In this document: positions 13,285 through 27,569 of the stretch, in pieces
Layout: each line of letters begins with the position of its first letter
How positions within the stretch are numbered: position 1 is the stretch's first letter
NCBI GenBank assembly: GCA_951406725.2
Contig: OX597815.1
Span: 80,786,001-80,850,000, forward strand
Length of the DNA stretch: 64,000 nt
Direction of reading: 5' to 3'
DNA from: Octopus vulgaris
Lineage: Eukaryota
Translations under genes and position numbers: made by a program
Notes under the pieces: model-generated
The model's input: the letters and a program-made list of their open reading frames with translations, nothing else
Database searches by the model: none
What the model was told of the DNA's origin: nothing

Positions 13285-13427
13285 TAGATATAGATTCGAT
13301 CGGGTTGCTAACGGGGTACAAACCATATATCTATAGGTCACATTACAGAGCATTTAATAATTCACATTTTTAAAAAGGCATAAATATAAATGTCTATTTA
13401 CAATTTAACAGTTTTTTTTAAACAAGG

Positions 13428-13548
13428 CACATGGTTCCGGGTTCAGTCCCACTGCTTGACACCTTTGGCATGTGTCTTCTGCTATAGTCTCGAGCCGACC
13501 AAAGCCTTGTGAGTGGATTTGGTAGTCGGAAACAGAAAGAAGCCTGTC

Positions 13549-13584
<36 letters not shown>

Positions 13585-13587
13585 GAC

Positions 13588-13660
<73 letters not shown>

Positions 13661-13880
13661 TGTTTGTGTGTCTGTGTTTGTCCCTCTAGCATTGCTTGAC
13701 AACCGATGCTGGTGTGTTTACGTCCCCGTCACTTAGCGGTTCGGCAAAAGAGACCGATAGAATAAGTACTGGGCTTGCAAAGAATAAGTCCCGGGGTCGA
13801 TTTGCTCGACTAAAGGCGGTGCTCCAGCATGGCCGCAGTCAAATGACTGAAACAAGTAAAAGAGTAAAAGAGTAAAGAGT
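13428..13880 (+). mobile_element. OR-like CORE SINE, nearly full length
   Basis: B-box GGTTCAGTCCC, CORE-like segment, internal (TA)(TG) tract, tail (AAAAGAGT)n. Confidence 0.9.
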
Positions 13881-14119
13881 AATATGCCTTTGTCTTCACA
13901 AGTATGTGTGGAGCAAGGAACATCCTAATTGGGATTTGCAATTGTCAGGTAAATATATATAAGGTAGTTATATGATGAATTACAATCCAATTAACATTCC
14001 TATTGTTTTTTCCAATATCCCTTAATGTTTAATTCAACTGTATTGAAATATAAACATCAATTAACAATCTACTGTATTCAGTGTATTGAAAGGAAACGTA
14101 CCTTATGTTTATATAAAAC

Positions 14120-14350
14120 ATTCATCATCGCCAGACATCATCATTTCCACCAACCACCACCACCATCACCGCCACTAATATCATCATCTTCATAACTATC
14201 ATCATCATCAGCAGCAGCAGCAGCAGCAGTAACAACGACAACAGCAGTAGCACCACCACCACCACCATCACTCTCCCTACCATCGCCCTCACCACCAAGA
14301 CCATTGTCATCATCATCATCATTGTCATCGACATCATCATCATTGTCGTT
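14120..14350. repeat. Compound trinucleotide repeat (CAT/CAC/CAG)
   Basis: Direct reading. Confidence 0.85.
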
Positions 14351-14605
14351 CAACTGCGGGAACAAACATGTCCACAGTATATATAAACGTTTCGTGTTTT
14401 GCTTAGAAACAATGCACGATGCCAGGATTTTCGACTTGAACTAAATACAAAATACATCGAATCCTTGTTGGAGAATCCGCGTAAATGGAATCAAGTCGTG
14501 TTAGTTTGTGCTTCCATTAAGTCATATCATTTGTAATAATTCATTATTACGAATACATACATACATAAATATATACTTATATACATATGCATATGTGTGT
14601 ATACA

Positions 14606-14655
<50 letters not shown>

Positions 14656-14718
14656 CTTCGTTTGTAGAAATACATAAATCCGGAGGAGAAAGCAAACTCT
14701 AAGATGCAGAGCCGTTAA

Positions 14719-14860
14719 TATGATAGTGGGGTAGGCCGGTTTACGGGGTTACCCTCGGTTTCTCGCAGTGTATGGGGTCTGAAGATACGCCGTAAGGCTA
14801 AACCCCCTATGAGCGAGAAACCCACGCTAACCCCATAAACCGGACTACCCTACTATAATA
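14719..14860. repeat. Fold-back element with 48-bp arms
   Basis: 14719-14766 vs 14813-14860, 7 mismatches counted by eye; TA-flanked. Confidence 0.85.
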
Positions 14861-15354
14861 TATATATATATATACATCTGTGTGTGTGTGTATGTGTGTG
14901 TGTGTGTGTGTAGTCGGGTTTATAAGTCATACAGACTCAGGCACACACACGCACAATCGGATATAAGTGTGCATGTGAGTGTTTGTATGTGTATATATGT
15001 GTGTGTCTGAGTCAGTGTGGTATATATAGACTTCAATTCATATGTACGTACACATAATCCTCTTCGTGTTCTCACAGGAGAGTTGTTGCATTTTTTCTTT
15101 CCTTTTTATAACCTTTCACCTGGCTGTCAATCGATCAACTGCAACTAGTCAAAACATTTTATTTTACAATCTATGATAACTCTGGAATATCAGATAGTTT
15201 ACCATTCTAAAGTGGCAAAAGGAAAATAATAAAAATAAATTAAAATGAATATATCCATGTAACGAAATGGTTGACAGTTCATTTGTGCATCTATCTATGT
15301 ATCTATATATATATATATATATATATACATAGAGAGAGAGAGCGAGAGAGAGAG

Positions 15355-15441
<87 letters not shown>

Positions 15442-15789
15442 AAGAGATAGACAGATATTTGTATGTATGCAGCTGACCAGAGCGGAAAATGTTGCTGTTT
15501 TCCCCCTTCTGTTATTTCCTTTTATCTCATTGTCTTGTCAAAATATACGTCTATGTATATTAGACAGAGTGATAAAAAAAAATTGAGTTGACGATATTTG
15601 TTCCCGGTGAGAAAATAAAATGAGCTGATTTCGATTCTCGTGTGAAGCGAACTCAGTTCAATTATGCCGCTAAAGGTGGTTAAAGATGGCTTAAAAATTC
15701 AGTTGAAGAAACTTTTAACAGGGATCTTATGCCTCGTTTCCTGTCAACAGAACTATCCCTTTTTTCACGGCCAGGTTACCACTAGAACG

Positions 15790-16095
15790 TTGCTTCTCAA
15801 CTAGGGTCCATATACAGTAAGATTTTGGGTGGTCCATGCAACAAATTGGGACCGATAAAATTATCTTAAGGGCTCCTGAAAAAATTTTGCTTTAGATGTA
15901 TGTATTGGTACGTATTGCAAGAAACAGCTAGATTTCTTTCTCTAACATTTTACATAGTTCAACACACACAAATTATTGTGAGAACGACAAAATAGGAATT
16001 TTAAAAGAAGTTTCTATTAAACTAGTTTTTAAACATCGAATGGCTACGGGGATCCACCAGAATAAAATAGTAATCAAAGAGGTCCATAGATTATC
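15790..16095. mobile_element. Decayed hAT-type MITE
   Basis: CTTCTCAACTAGGGTCCAT start and repeated GGTCCA motifs, as in the 22259 MITE. Confidence 0.5.
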
Positions 16096-16313
16096 AGCCG
16101 GTTAGTAATAGTAACAAAACCACCCTCAAAGTACATTTTACCGTTTCAAGAAAAAAAAATGTTACATTGCATAATATATCTGGAAAAAGATGGAGTGGTC
16201 ACTGCTAGGACTTCTTTGGTCACAGGTTTACTCGACCAGGTGTGACTTAGGCTAAACATCATCCAATTAGCCAACTAGAGAGACTGCGTGGTAGCTCGAT
16301 CGACAGATTTCCC

Positions 16314-16530
16314 AACACTTTAGCATTCACATCATTCTGTCAAAAGTAATGCTAATTTATTCACACTATTTTAAATTAATCATTATTTTGTAGCTTTGAG
16401 CTTTTAATGAGGTAATTGTTAATTTTTAGAATGATATTGTAGGATTGATGCAAGACACTATATCTTGCCAATTTGAGCATAAAACAGGTTGAATATTTTG
16501 GGAGGATATGGCAGGTTTAAATGCTAAATC
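16314..16530. mobile_element. MITE with TTTAGCATT/AATGCTAAA termini
   Basis: Short terminal inverted repeat; superfamily uncertain. Confidence 0.55.
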
Positions 16531-17947
16531 CCATCTTACTCTCTCTGAAAAGGAAGTACATAGTGAACTGTATAATCCTTCAAGTATTAAAAGGTGGGAT
16601 TACCATATTTGAAATTACTTTGTTTATTGGTTTGTGGAAGTTAAACATCTTGGAATTGCTAAAATACAGAAATTATTGTGATGGCATAATTATATTCCAG
16701 ATGCAAACGTCCAACCGCAGTCTGATCGGAAACTACATCTTGGACAAAGAGTCGAACGAAGGAAATATGTATCACTTGACATATATTTCTGGAATTTCTG
16801 TGCATGTCACAACCACAGTGCATGCTTGGACATCATTTATTATACCATTCGGAACAAAACCAACTTACAGTAAAGTAGCCGATACTATTTAAAAACATAT
16901 CAACTAAGCCTATTAATGAATCAGACAAAAATAATTGTTTCTACTATAGGCACAAAACCTGAAATTTTGTGGGGACAGAGGTGTGGAGTCAATTACATGG
17001 AACCCTGTTCTGGCCTGGAACTTATTTTATCAACTCTAAAAGATGACGGGTAAAGTCCACTTTGATGGAATTTGAATTCGGAATGTCAAACCGGAAAAAA
17101 ATATTTCTAAGGAATTTGTCCAGCATATCAACGATTCTGCAGGCTCGACGCATTATAAATCAAACAACGATAATGCTTACAATTTTTAGTACAAGACTAG
17201 TTATTATGAGGGGAGGGGTGTTTAGCTGATACCATCAATCCCCATGTTTCACAGTTACTCTATATTATCAACCTCGAGATGATAAAAAGCAAAGTTTACC
17301 TCCACGCGATTTGAACTCAGAACTGCATGCTGCAATTGGTCAGAATGAAGCAAAATTAGAAATTAAAGTCAAAATTGCTTCCGTAAAGGATAGCAGAATT
17401 CTTAGAAAGGATTAAATCCCAACCAAAAGGGTCGCTTTGTACTGCGACAAAAATAAACATAAATTAAAAGAACGTTTGAACGATTAACATTACGATAAAA
17501 ATTTTCATCTATATTTTATGTTCATACTGTATTCAGCAAACATGAGTACTACAAAGAGAAAAGAAAGTGAAATTTACCAGCGATGGTATGGAGATTCATA
17601 ATATAGAGTTAAAGATCTCAAAGCAGAAATAAACGCTAAATAATGAAACAAAGCGACCGACCTTGCACAGGCTCCCACAGACCTAAGAAAACTTTGCAAC
17701 AGGGCGCAGCACTCACAAAACACATGAGCCCCTACTAATGAAAGAAACAATACAGCAAAAGAAAACAACAAATGAGCCCTTAAAAGTCAGTGAATACATT
17801 ACAGGACTCGCCACAGAAAAACATTCTTCACAACAAATAAAAATGGAGAGGTAAGAATAATTAACCCCCACCCCGTAGAGTATCCGAAAATAACAACAAA
17901 CAGAATAAACAAACATACCGCTATAAATAAAGCAAAAATTCATATTG

Positions 17948-18139
17948 GTTTCAAATTTTGGCTCAAGGCCAGCAATTTGTAGAGGAGAGGTAAGTGGATT
18001 ACTTTGAGCCCAGTGCTCAACTGATACTTATCTTATCTATCCTGATCACGGTGGTATTCGAACTCAGGACATAAATTCGGAAGAAACGGCGCTAAGCATT
18101 TCCCCCGATGCTGTAACGATTCTGCCAACAGGCCACCTT
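17948..18139 (-). mobile_element. MetaSINE-like SINE monomer
   Basis: Flanked by TSD AAAGCAAAAAT(T/G)CATATTG; other decayed copies at ~9748, 16935, 17180, 18545, 19225, 20675, 25895. Confidence 0.85.
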
Positions 18140-21100
18140 AAAGCAAAAATGCATATTGAGAATAATCTAATAGAAACAATAAAAAAAAACATAGAAGAGA
18201 GCTTAGAAAATCCAATGAATAGAGTTCAACAGAAGCCTTTGCTTAAGTTTCACATGAGCAAGTAGCTCCACGAAAGAATAAACAGATCAAACATGTCTCC
18301 GCCAGAAATTCTGTCCTGTGAAACAAACTATCAGAAGATCATCGGACTGGATGAAATCATCTATTTGTATAGCAGAAAAATATCTAAGCAAGCTGGACTT
18401 GATCTCATTAGAGTCACATACGCTGTACTCATATCTAAAAGAAAAGGTGGAACGAAAATTTCCGTCATGGAACAAAGAAATAATTAGAGGAAACAGGTAG
18501 AACTGTCTCTATTGATTAATATGAAAAAAATTTTTTAATGCGTTGAGCTGGTGCTTAACGGCATTTCTTTGTGCGTTCTGAGTTCAAATTCCGCCGAAGT
18601 CGATTTTGCCTTTCATCCGTTCGGGGCCGAGAAAACTAAAATACAGAGGTCCACATAATTCATTTATTCCATCCCCTAAAAGTGTTGGCTTTGTATCAAA
18701 ATGTGAAGCCAATATGTAAACGATCAAAACATATAGTGATATCAATAAAAATTAAAGACAACTTGCAAGTAAAACATAATATAATGCTCACTCTAACTGT
18801 AGTGGCAAGAGCGTTCGGAATATAAGATCTTTTGGAATCTCCAAACATTTTAATAAAAAAACAAGGTATTTTTAATTAAATACCAGAATATGCTTTGAGG
18901 GTATTCGCAAAGAAATACCCGCAAAACTGACCACCAGTGCAATAACGATGGAAGTTCGAGATTGGGTGAATGTGGCTTCACCGGGAATATAAAAATTTAG
19001 CACAATTAAAACTGCAATGACCATAGGGAAAACAATGAAAAAACACAAGTGTACAACCTATAGTTCTCCATTATTAACAAGAAACACAACAGCTCTTTAA
19101 AAGCTGGAAAAAAACTGTAAAGCCAGAGAGATTAACAAAAAACCCCACAGCATGAATCTATACATTACTCATGTAATCTATCAGTATTTAATGAACTAGT
19201 AAGTAGACCCTAATCCACAAGGTTCAAAGCCTGCAAGTTTAAGGCAGAAGAACAAGTCGATTACATCGGCTGTAGTACTTGAAGGGTGCTCTATTTTATC
19301 AAGCGGCAGTATTTGAACTCAGAACGTAAAGGGTCAGAAGAAATACCACTAAAAATTCTACATGATTACTGCTTAGCCTAGCTATATAATTACTTTTAAA
19401 TGAATAGTTTTCTATTTACGCCTGTCATCTTGCGAAAAGAAAGAAAAGAGACAAGCTGATCTTAATGGTCTGTTAAGTAACAACAAAAACGATCGGTTCT
19501 ATCCCAGACTGTGAAAAGGCCGTAATGGGGAAATATTTTATAGCGAAACTATATATATAAAAATATGATTCTGTACATATACGCACACACACACACACAC
19601 ACCTACACACACAACACCACCACCACCACATGTGCACACTCATTACACATGCGTGCGCATTTCGATATACAAATATCCTATAAGCACAGAAATTAATTCA
19701 CAAAAATCTAACGATTTAGACACACTAGTGTTATGTATTTGCATGCATGCTGATTTGCCTCAAGAATATCTCGAAACAAATAAGCTTAGGATCAAAGGCG
19801 TTCCAACTGTGACCATCCACTTATTTTATTGTCGTATAGCACTAATATTATTTGTAACCCTGAGTCAGCTTTGATAGTCGGCAGCTATACACAGCTAGAC
19901 ATTCTTTGCGGCTGTCTAGCTGTGAACCTTACGGTACACTTGGACATGAGCAATGGTATGCAGTCAAGTGTGACAATCTGTTTCTTTATACATGTAGATC
20001 CTAATGGTGACCAGACCAAAGGTGGTTCAAGGTGAAATCGTTTAGAATCCGGCAGTTTCTCCGAATTTTGCACATTTTCTTGTGCGTGGGGGGTATCCTA
20101 ACAAAGTGTTCGGTGCTAACGATGCTCTTCTTGTGTATAAACATGTTGTATGTTTGTATGGTTTGAGTGGGAGAGATAGTGTTTTTAGGATGCTACTTTT
20201 TCACTGTTTTTGGTGTTTGAGTTTGTATGTTTGGAGGTGATTTTTGAAAACATTGACGTCAACTGCGATGATCGAAGCTTGCTGTGAGAACACGCTATGC
20301 CCTCACATAACAATGTATGCTTTAATTTCTAACATTTTTTAAGTCTATGTAAAGCTGGTCAATGCACAGCATACAACGCTTCATAGTGCACTGCCTCTTT
20401 GTTCATTGTAGCCGGTTGCTGTGGTTTGTTGTGGAGAGTCTTGGGTCCCGACATGGCTGGTATAATCCGCAGTTAGTCTAGTCTCCTGTCTGTATCCAAT
20501 GTTATTGTTTCTATTTCTGTTGTGAATGTTGTGAGACAGTTGCATGTGGTTCCTTGTGGTGTTTTTTCCCTCTTTGTTGAGTGTGAGGCATGGTTGTATT
20601 TGATACACGCTGCTGTGAATGGCGACAGTAGATTTGAGGATGAGTGAAAGAGCGTAGGGTCATAATTTTTGTTTTTCTATTTGACCAAAACCTGAAATTT
20701 TCTGGGGAGGAGCTAATAAATTACATCGACTCAAATGCCCAACAGAGTATTTATTTTATCGACCCTGAAATGATGAAAGGCAAAACCAACCACAGCCTCA
20801 TTTGAACTCAGAACATAAAGCCAGTAAAATGCCGCTAAGCATTTTGTCCGGCGCGCCAACTATTCTACCAGCTTGCCGCCTTAGGGTGGGAATATACTAC
20901 CTTAGAATTAACTTAAATGCAGCACAATCGGTGACAAGGTACAAATTTGATCAGCATTCTCAACATACCAAGTTATCGATTTATTCGGTTGTCAACTTAA
21001 CAATCGAAAGAACTGGGATGGAGGTGAAGAAAAGAAACATTACTAAAGAAAGAAAGAAAAAAGAATGGAATAACAAAGCTTCGGCTTCATCGAAGGAACG

Positions 21101-21391
21101 AACTCAGGTGTACGTTCTTGACTCTCAGAGAAAATGTCTCACGCTGGCATACGAAAGATAACTGAATTGTTTTCATGACGTGTGTGTGACACTAGCAGCA
21201 ACGTGTTGACAAGTTACCTATCAAAATATATGGGTATGCGTGGGTAGGGGTACAGGCTTTAAAAAAATTTCATACATACACGTGCGGGTTTGGGCATGTG
21301 TGACTACTCGTATGATACATTTCCGCACACATACACACGCAACCATTCTGGTAAGCATACACACATGAACACATACACTGTATGTATGTGT

Positions 21392-21427
<36 letters not shown>

Positions 21428-21754
21428 GCTCGCGTGCGTATGTGTGTATGTATGTAGGTAGGTATTATGTATGAGAAAAGGGACGGGTGATTCTTCCCTG
21501 AAGTATCGAGTACATTATTTTATGCGTGTAAGCCTTGTTCGTACGAACACGCTAGAATATGCATGTGTATGTATGTATGTACGTGCGAGTTTTTGTGCGT
21601 CTGCGTGCGTGCGTCTGTGTGTATGTATGTATGCATGCGTGTGCGTGTGCGTTTGTGAGTGTGCATCTGTATGTGTATGTGCGCGTGTGTATATTTATAA
21701 TACTTAGATTATAGTGTATTACTCATCAAAATATCGCTGTTCATGTAACAACAT

Positions 21755-21906
21755 CAGCCATACAACATTCTGAGCTGTACAGAAAATAAAATCTCAGCAT
21801 TACAAGAAATAATTTAACCCTCTCATCTGTATTGAGTGCGTTATTTTTTTTCTCTTATTTCTGAATTTAAATGAAAACACAAGATATAAGGTAGGGTTAT
21901 GTATTT

Positions 21907-21937
<31 letters not shown>

Positions 21938-22075
21938 CATTTTTAGCTACACTTTGAAATGCAGATATTGTAGTTAAACCAAATTTGTGATTATAAAAAT
22001 TCAACCTGAGTAATATCAGGTTTTCTACTGCTTCATCAGAGATCAGTCGCTAATTTTCTTGGCCACATAGAAAAT
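21755..22075 (-). repeat. Dispersed repeat with an inverted copy at 24195-24487
   Basis: Shared AAATAATTTAACCC, ATTTTTAGCTACACTTTGAA, AAAAATTCAACCTGA, CTAATTTTCTT blocks. Confidence 0.8.
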
Positions 22076-22258
22076 AGTAGTTTATAGATATTTATTACAT
22101 ACACAGACACGCACATAACTGAAATGAGTAACCGACTTCTTTATAAAGTGGTAAACATCCTGAAATTAATCAGTCAATTGACTAGAAATAGCAGTGGAAT
22201 CAATCGTAATTCATTCACTACAGTCTTAAATAAAAATGACTTACAGGACAATATAGAC

Positions 22259-22561
22259 CAGGGGTTCCCAACCGAGGTCTACATGGACTTCCCAAGGGTA
22301 CACAAAAGTTTTAAAAAATTGTAATTTGTGGGTCCATATATAAATTTTGTTTACTAGGAGAGGTACCTGTATTTATTGAAATTTTCAAGATTTTTATTTG
22401 GAATTTATATTATGAATATAACGAAATTGCGTCATTGTTAGTTTTTACTAACCTGCAAACAAATATTTTATTTCAAAAATTTACATGTGCATATATGGGG
22501 CCCACATATGATAAAATAACTCTCAGGGGGTCTAAAAGCTAAATAAGGTTGGGAACCCCTG
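22259..22561. mobile_element. hAT (Charlie-like) MITE
   Basis: 15-bp perfect TIR CAGGGGTTCCCAACC; 8-bp TSD ATATAGAC/ATATAGTC. Confidence 0.92.
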
Positions 22562-22869
22562 ATATAGTCCAATCAATTGAAGACCATAGCCTTACAATTC
22601 TGTAGATACTCAACAAGAGACATCACCTCCTCAACCACCTTTCTCACTCATCAGTCAATCTCATGTTCTCCATTATCTTCCGCTTTGTCCGTTCCTCTGT
22701 TTTATTCAACACTTCCCTTCATTCTCTTCTTACATCACTTTTTGCTTAAAGTAATGTGTCATCGTGTCATTTTACATAATGTTACTTTTTTTTCCAAATT
22801 TTAGCAGTTGAAAAATGTTACGTGCTTGCAGCCTTCCTAACAATAATATCTCTCCTAACACCCCTGTTA

Positions 22870-23649
22870 GTTAGATGTTGTGTAAACGAAATGCAAAGTG
22901 AAGTATCTCACTTTAACACTTCATTTGAAAGGTGATCATATTTTCCTACTTTCAGCATTTAATGATTCGCAACCATGGAATCAAGCTGGAATTACTAATG
23001 CTGTTTAAAAAATTAATTTTTCATTGACATTGTATTTTTTTTTATTTTTCCAGATATGGTTATCATCTTGCTGTAAGCTCTGTAGAATCCAGTGTTCTAC
23101 TTCTTTCTTTGATTTAAAATCTTCCATGATTTTTTTCCAAGATATTTAAATTCAGCAAAATGTTTGATCGTCTTTCTAATTCAATTAGATTGATTGTTTT
23201 TCATTTGCTTTTTTCGGCATCTATTTTCCTACCATATCTTTCAGTTATATCATCTGATCTATAAGTCGTTCATCATTTTGTCCTATAAAATCAATATTGG
23301 TGACTAAACGGTAATTACTAACTTCTACTTCAAGATTTCCTTCAAAAGTTTCTCAGTCTCCAGTCATCATGCTTTTTAGAAAAACACTGAAGATCACATT
23401 TTTGACTGACACCATCTGTTTATTTTAAATCAGTTACCTGGTGAATTTCTAACCAAATCCAGACTTTTGCATGTTCATATGATCACTTTCTACCATTTGG
23501 TATCGGTAGCCTGAGTTTACCGTTACAATATTATCAGTGCCAATCTGTTGTATCGTTTCTTTTTCAAGGAAACTATCCTTTATTTGTATTAAGTATCATT
23601 TTTATACGTTTCATTCAAACAAGTAAAACATGTAGCAAAATCTTGCTTG

Positions 23650-23699
<50 letters not shown>

Positions 23700-25310
23700 G
23701 ATTAGAAACGGAATCGGGGAATGTTAAATATTAAGACATTAAAGCAGTATGACTCTCCCCAGACACAACAAAATTGTACAGCTGTTTTCGCATTTCTTGA
23801 TGCTTCTTTGCTTTGGCAATTACATAATAATTGAGCCTGCTCAATTACTGGTCCATTCTCCAATATATTGAAACATGACAAATTTTACGAGAAACTATCC
23901 TTTATATATATATTTTTTTTTTTCCTTGCTAGGTAAATTATTACGTTTTAATTACCTTATTGCTTGTGTAACTTCTTTAGGGGTGATTTCTGCTTTTTGC
24001 TCTATATGTAATGAAAATCCTTTTATATTACCGCGTAACTACCTGCCTCGGCTTTGTTGTAGTAAAGTTTCTCACAGAATTCTCTTCGTCGATCAGTTGC
24101 TTCATCTGCTTTAGCTTGTAGATTGCCAAATTTATTTTCTACAACTTCATATTTAGGTACCCATTCTTTCGCGATATCTTTAACATTTTGAAATGCTTTT
24201 CTTATGTGGTTAAGAAAATTAGCAACTGATCGCTGGTGAGGTAGTAGAGAAACTGATGTGAGTCAGGTTGAATTTTTATTGCACTTCAAAGTGTAGCTAA
24301 AAATGTTCTGTGTTTTTTTATTTTTCAAAAAGCACAACCATAAGTCTACCTTACATTTTATATGTACGTTTGAATTCAAAAATAAGAGGAAAAGAAATAA
24401 ATGTCCTCAATATAGAAGAGCGGGTTAAATTATTTTTTGTAATTTTGAGATTTTTTTCTGTACTGCTCAGGATATTGCATGGCTGATCTTACAGAAACAA
24501 TGATAATCCATATACTTTTGTTGCTTGAATTTTCTTTCACCAATGTATTTTGTATTTCTCTCGTTTCGTTTTTATATTGTTTACTTTTCGTATTTCTTCT
24601 TTCACCACAACTAATTAAAATATTTTTGTGTGTAACAGAATTTGAGCTTTCTTTTACCGAGAATTATAACAGTTATTTGTAGAAAGTGTCATGTTAATCC
24701 TTGATCATTTGCTGATAATAACCATAATAAAAACTGCCAATTTTCCTTCAGTTGTGCTTCAAATTCTGTTGTTATACTCAGGCTCTTAAATAATTCAAGG
24801 TCAATTTTATATTCTGGTATTTTTGCCTTACTTGATTGATTTGACTTTAATTTTTCTTGTCAGCTTCTAAAGTTCACGACTGCTGCTTCCAGCTGTCTGG
24901 AAAATTTAAGTTTTAGTTACATTTACATTAATTTGATATATTTTAAATCGATCGGATTATTACATATATTCTACCAGATGCATGCCATGTTATTGTTCTG
25001 GACAGTTTCTGCTGTTGTTGGTTACAATCATATTCTCTTGTTTTACAAATTCTTATACTCTTAAATCCCGCTAGTCCCCCACCCCCATCACAGAATCCTT
25101 ATTCTCTAATTGCTTATTCCCAAATACATCTGATCCAATCTTCACATTCTCGTCATCTTCAATTATAAGTATGCTTTTTCTTCCGTCAATTGTATTTTTC
25201 TAGATCTTGACAGAATTTCTCCCTTCCGTGTAGGAGCGTAAATTTTGGTGATTAAGAAGTTGGAAGACTTAACTGCCTGTCTGCTTGCATATTCTGCTAT
25301 ACAATCAGTG
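22870..25310 (-). mobile_element. Heavily decayed RTE-like LINE (APE + RT)
   Basis: LITKIYAPT, LIIEDDENVKIGSD and ITWH (APE); DGVSQKC and NYRLVTNID resembling GVRQGC and NLRFADDID. Confidence 0.6.
24195..24487 (+). repeat. Second copy of the 21755-22075 repeat, nested in the LINE
   Basis: Sequence match in the opposite orientation. Confidence 0.8.
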
Positions 25311-27569
25311 AGCGAAGTATTAGTAACTTTAAGGCGTGTGTGTGTGTGTGTATGTGCGTGTGTCTGTGTACGCGCGCGCACGCTCGTTTTTGTTATATAT
25401 GTGTAAACCGAAGGAAGTACATTGCGGCATTTAAGCCTGTTCAACGGAAGTAAATTTCTAAAGGGACGTAACTGTGATCAATTTAGATGTTCAGTAAAAA
25501 TACATCGATGGAAAAAAAAAACATATAAAGTGCTGGGGTTGACATAAATGACTAAAACTCTTTGAATCCTGTAAATTTGCATGGCTGGAGTTCAATGATG
25601 GAAGCTAATAAAGACAAAATAAGTAAAAATAATAATGTATTGTCATAGAAATTGCTAATTTTGCGTTTTAAGATTTTAAAAGATACACATTATATACATC
25701 CTATAATTCGCACACAACTTACAAAATGCAACATACGCCCACACATTTCGCAAGCGCCAACAAGCTCCCTGAAATACCTAAATATAACAGAAATAAAGGG
25801 AAATAAGTAAACCAAACTAAAACATTTTTCATTCGTTTTTTTGCCACCTGACTTGCAGAAGATTTGGGGGAATCTTTAGAGCGTTTGGCAATATGTATTA
25901 GGTTACTCCACTTACTGAGTTCAAATCCCGATGGGAAACATTTTGTGCTTTACCTTTCCGGAGTTGATAAAATAAAGTACCAGTTAAATACTGTGATCGA
26001 TTTTTATTGAATATTCTCCTCCCACAAATTTCCAAATTTACGTCCATATTAGAAATAATTACTATCATTAGAATGGTGTTGGATAGGTACAATCGCTAGA
26101 ACATCGGGTACAATAGCTTAGAAAATATGTTTAGAAACTAGTAAGAAAAAGCGATAAATACATAAGAATCGTGTATTTTATTTGAAGTCGGTGATTCTTT
26201 AACCGTTACTCTGAGTCCTATGGATCTTATTCAAACAACTAAAAGAGGCGAGCAGCAAGATAATACACATTCACTTATGGCTGGACTATAGTATATTATC
26301 ATTTGATTGGTTGCCGGAAAAGAACCATATAAAAAAACAAGTCATCTCTTTCATTTTTATCTTCATTACCTTGTGCTGGCACATATGATATTTTCATCTT
26401 TTCAAGTGTGAATTTCTGTGATGTTGTCATCACTTAAGTACAATGCGAAAAGAAAAACGTGAGTAGGAAAAACAATTCTTGCTAATGAAGTCTTCGTGTT
26501 GATGAATAAATGTTTCTAAATCTCTTCAAGGATACGGAAAATCCATTGTATTGGAAATATTATTTGCTGGCCACTTTTTGGATGTAAATTCTTCAATAGT
26601 TAGCTATCATTTAGGAGTAGCTATTATTTGTGTTTTTCCATTCTGAATTCAAATCTCTCCGTGTTTACGTCACCCATTCGTAGTCCATGAACTAAAGTGC
26701 CAACCCAGTATCAAGTTATGACATCAAAGAACAAAAGAAAGAAAAAACGTCCGTGGTTCTTTTTAATTTTTAAAATTTTTGCTTAGGTTAGAAATCAGAA
26801 TAGAGACAATTATGGTGCTTCCTGTAAGCTTGTGATAAGGTGGGTGAGAGTATGGCCTTGGTTATAATAGTTTGATAAAGGCAATTATTCTTGATAGTCA
26901 AGTTAATCCTGGATTTGTAGGGATCCTTGGTTGGATCATAGTAACAGGTCTAATCTCTGGGGGACTCTATTTCACATTTGAAGCTCAACAGGAAGACTTC
27001 TTGCACTGACGGCTTGCAAGAAATTTACGATACTCTGAAAAGAAGTAATGTTAACCCTAAAAGAGAGCTAATTAAACATTGTACTGATTTTTAAGGAAAT
27101 GAAAGACAAACATTGCGCACCACTAGATGAAAGATGGCCGCTAAAAACCACATAATTGGTTTTCTACAGCTGAAGGATCACGTTCTACTGAACGTAAGAC
27201 ATTTATACGGGTTAATAAGGTTGAAAATGCTGACAGGCAGTTTAAGACACCTCCTCCTTCATTTAGAAGAAAATGAACGGGTCGTAAGGCGGTCAGGCTC
27301 ACGAGATGCTTTGATCTTACTTTTGGAGCAGCTTCTCTTTGCTGTTAAGTGCGTCATCATTATTTGTATTTGCCTGGAGTTGTTTCTTGTAGCAAATTTT
27401 AAATTTATCTTGATATATTCTATTATGCTTTTGCCTCAGATAAGTTAACTACAGGCATACTCACTCTCTCCCTCTCACGCACGTACACACGCGCGCGCGC
27501 ACATGTATGTGTGTGTTTGTGTGTACGTGTGTGTGTGTATTGGTAAAGAAACGAAAGGCATTAACTCTC

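Noticed and set aside
16521-16892. 123-aa ORF or exon
   Set aside because: Starts inside a MITE end and has no recognisable domain; needs RNA evidence.
17540-19150. A-rich possible LINE ORF remnant
   Set aside because: No motif could be read reliably.
20070-20650. Minus-strand RT-like trace (DQLYIDLK)
   Set aside because: Only one weak motif; too decayed to call.
21755-24487. Single 2.7-kb transposon with 300-bp TIRs
   Set aside because: The RTE-like LINE continues past the right repeat to ~25310, so the repeats are separate insertions.
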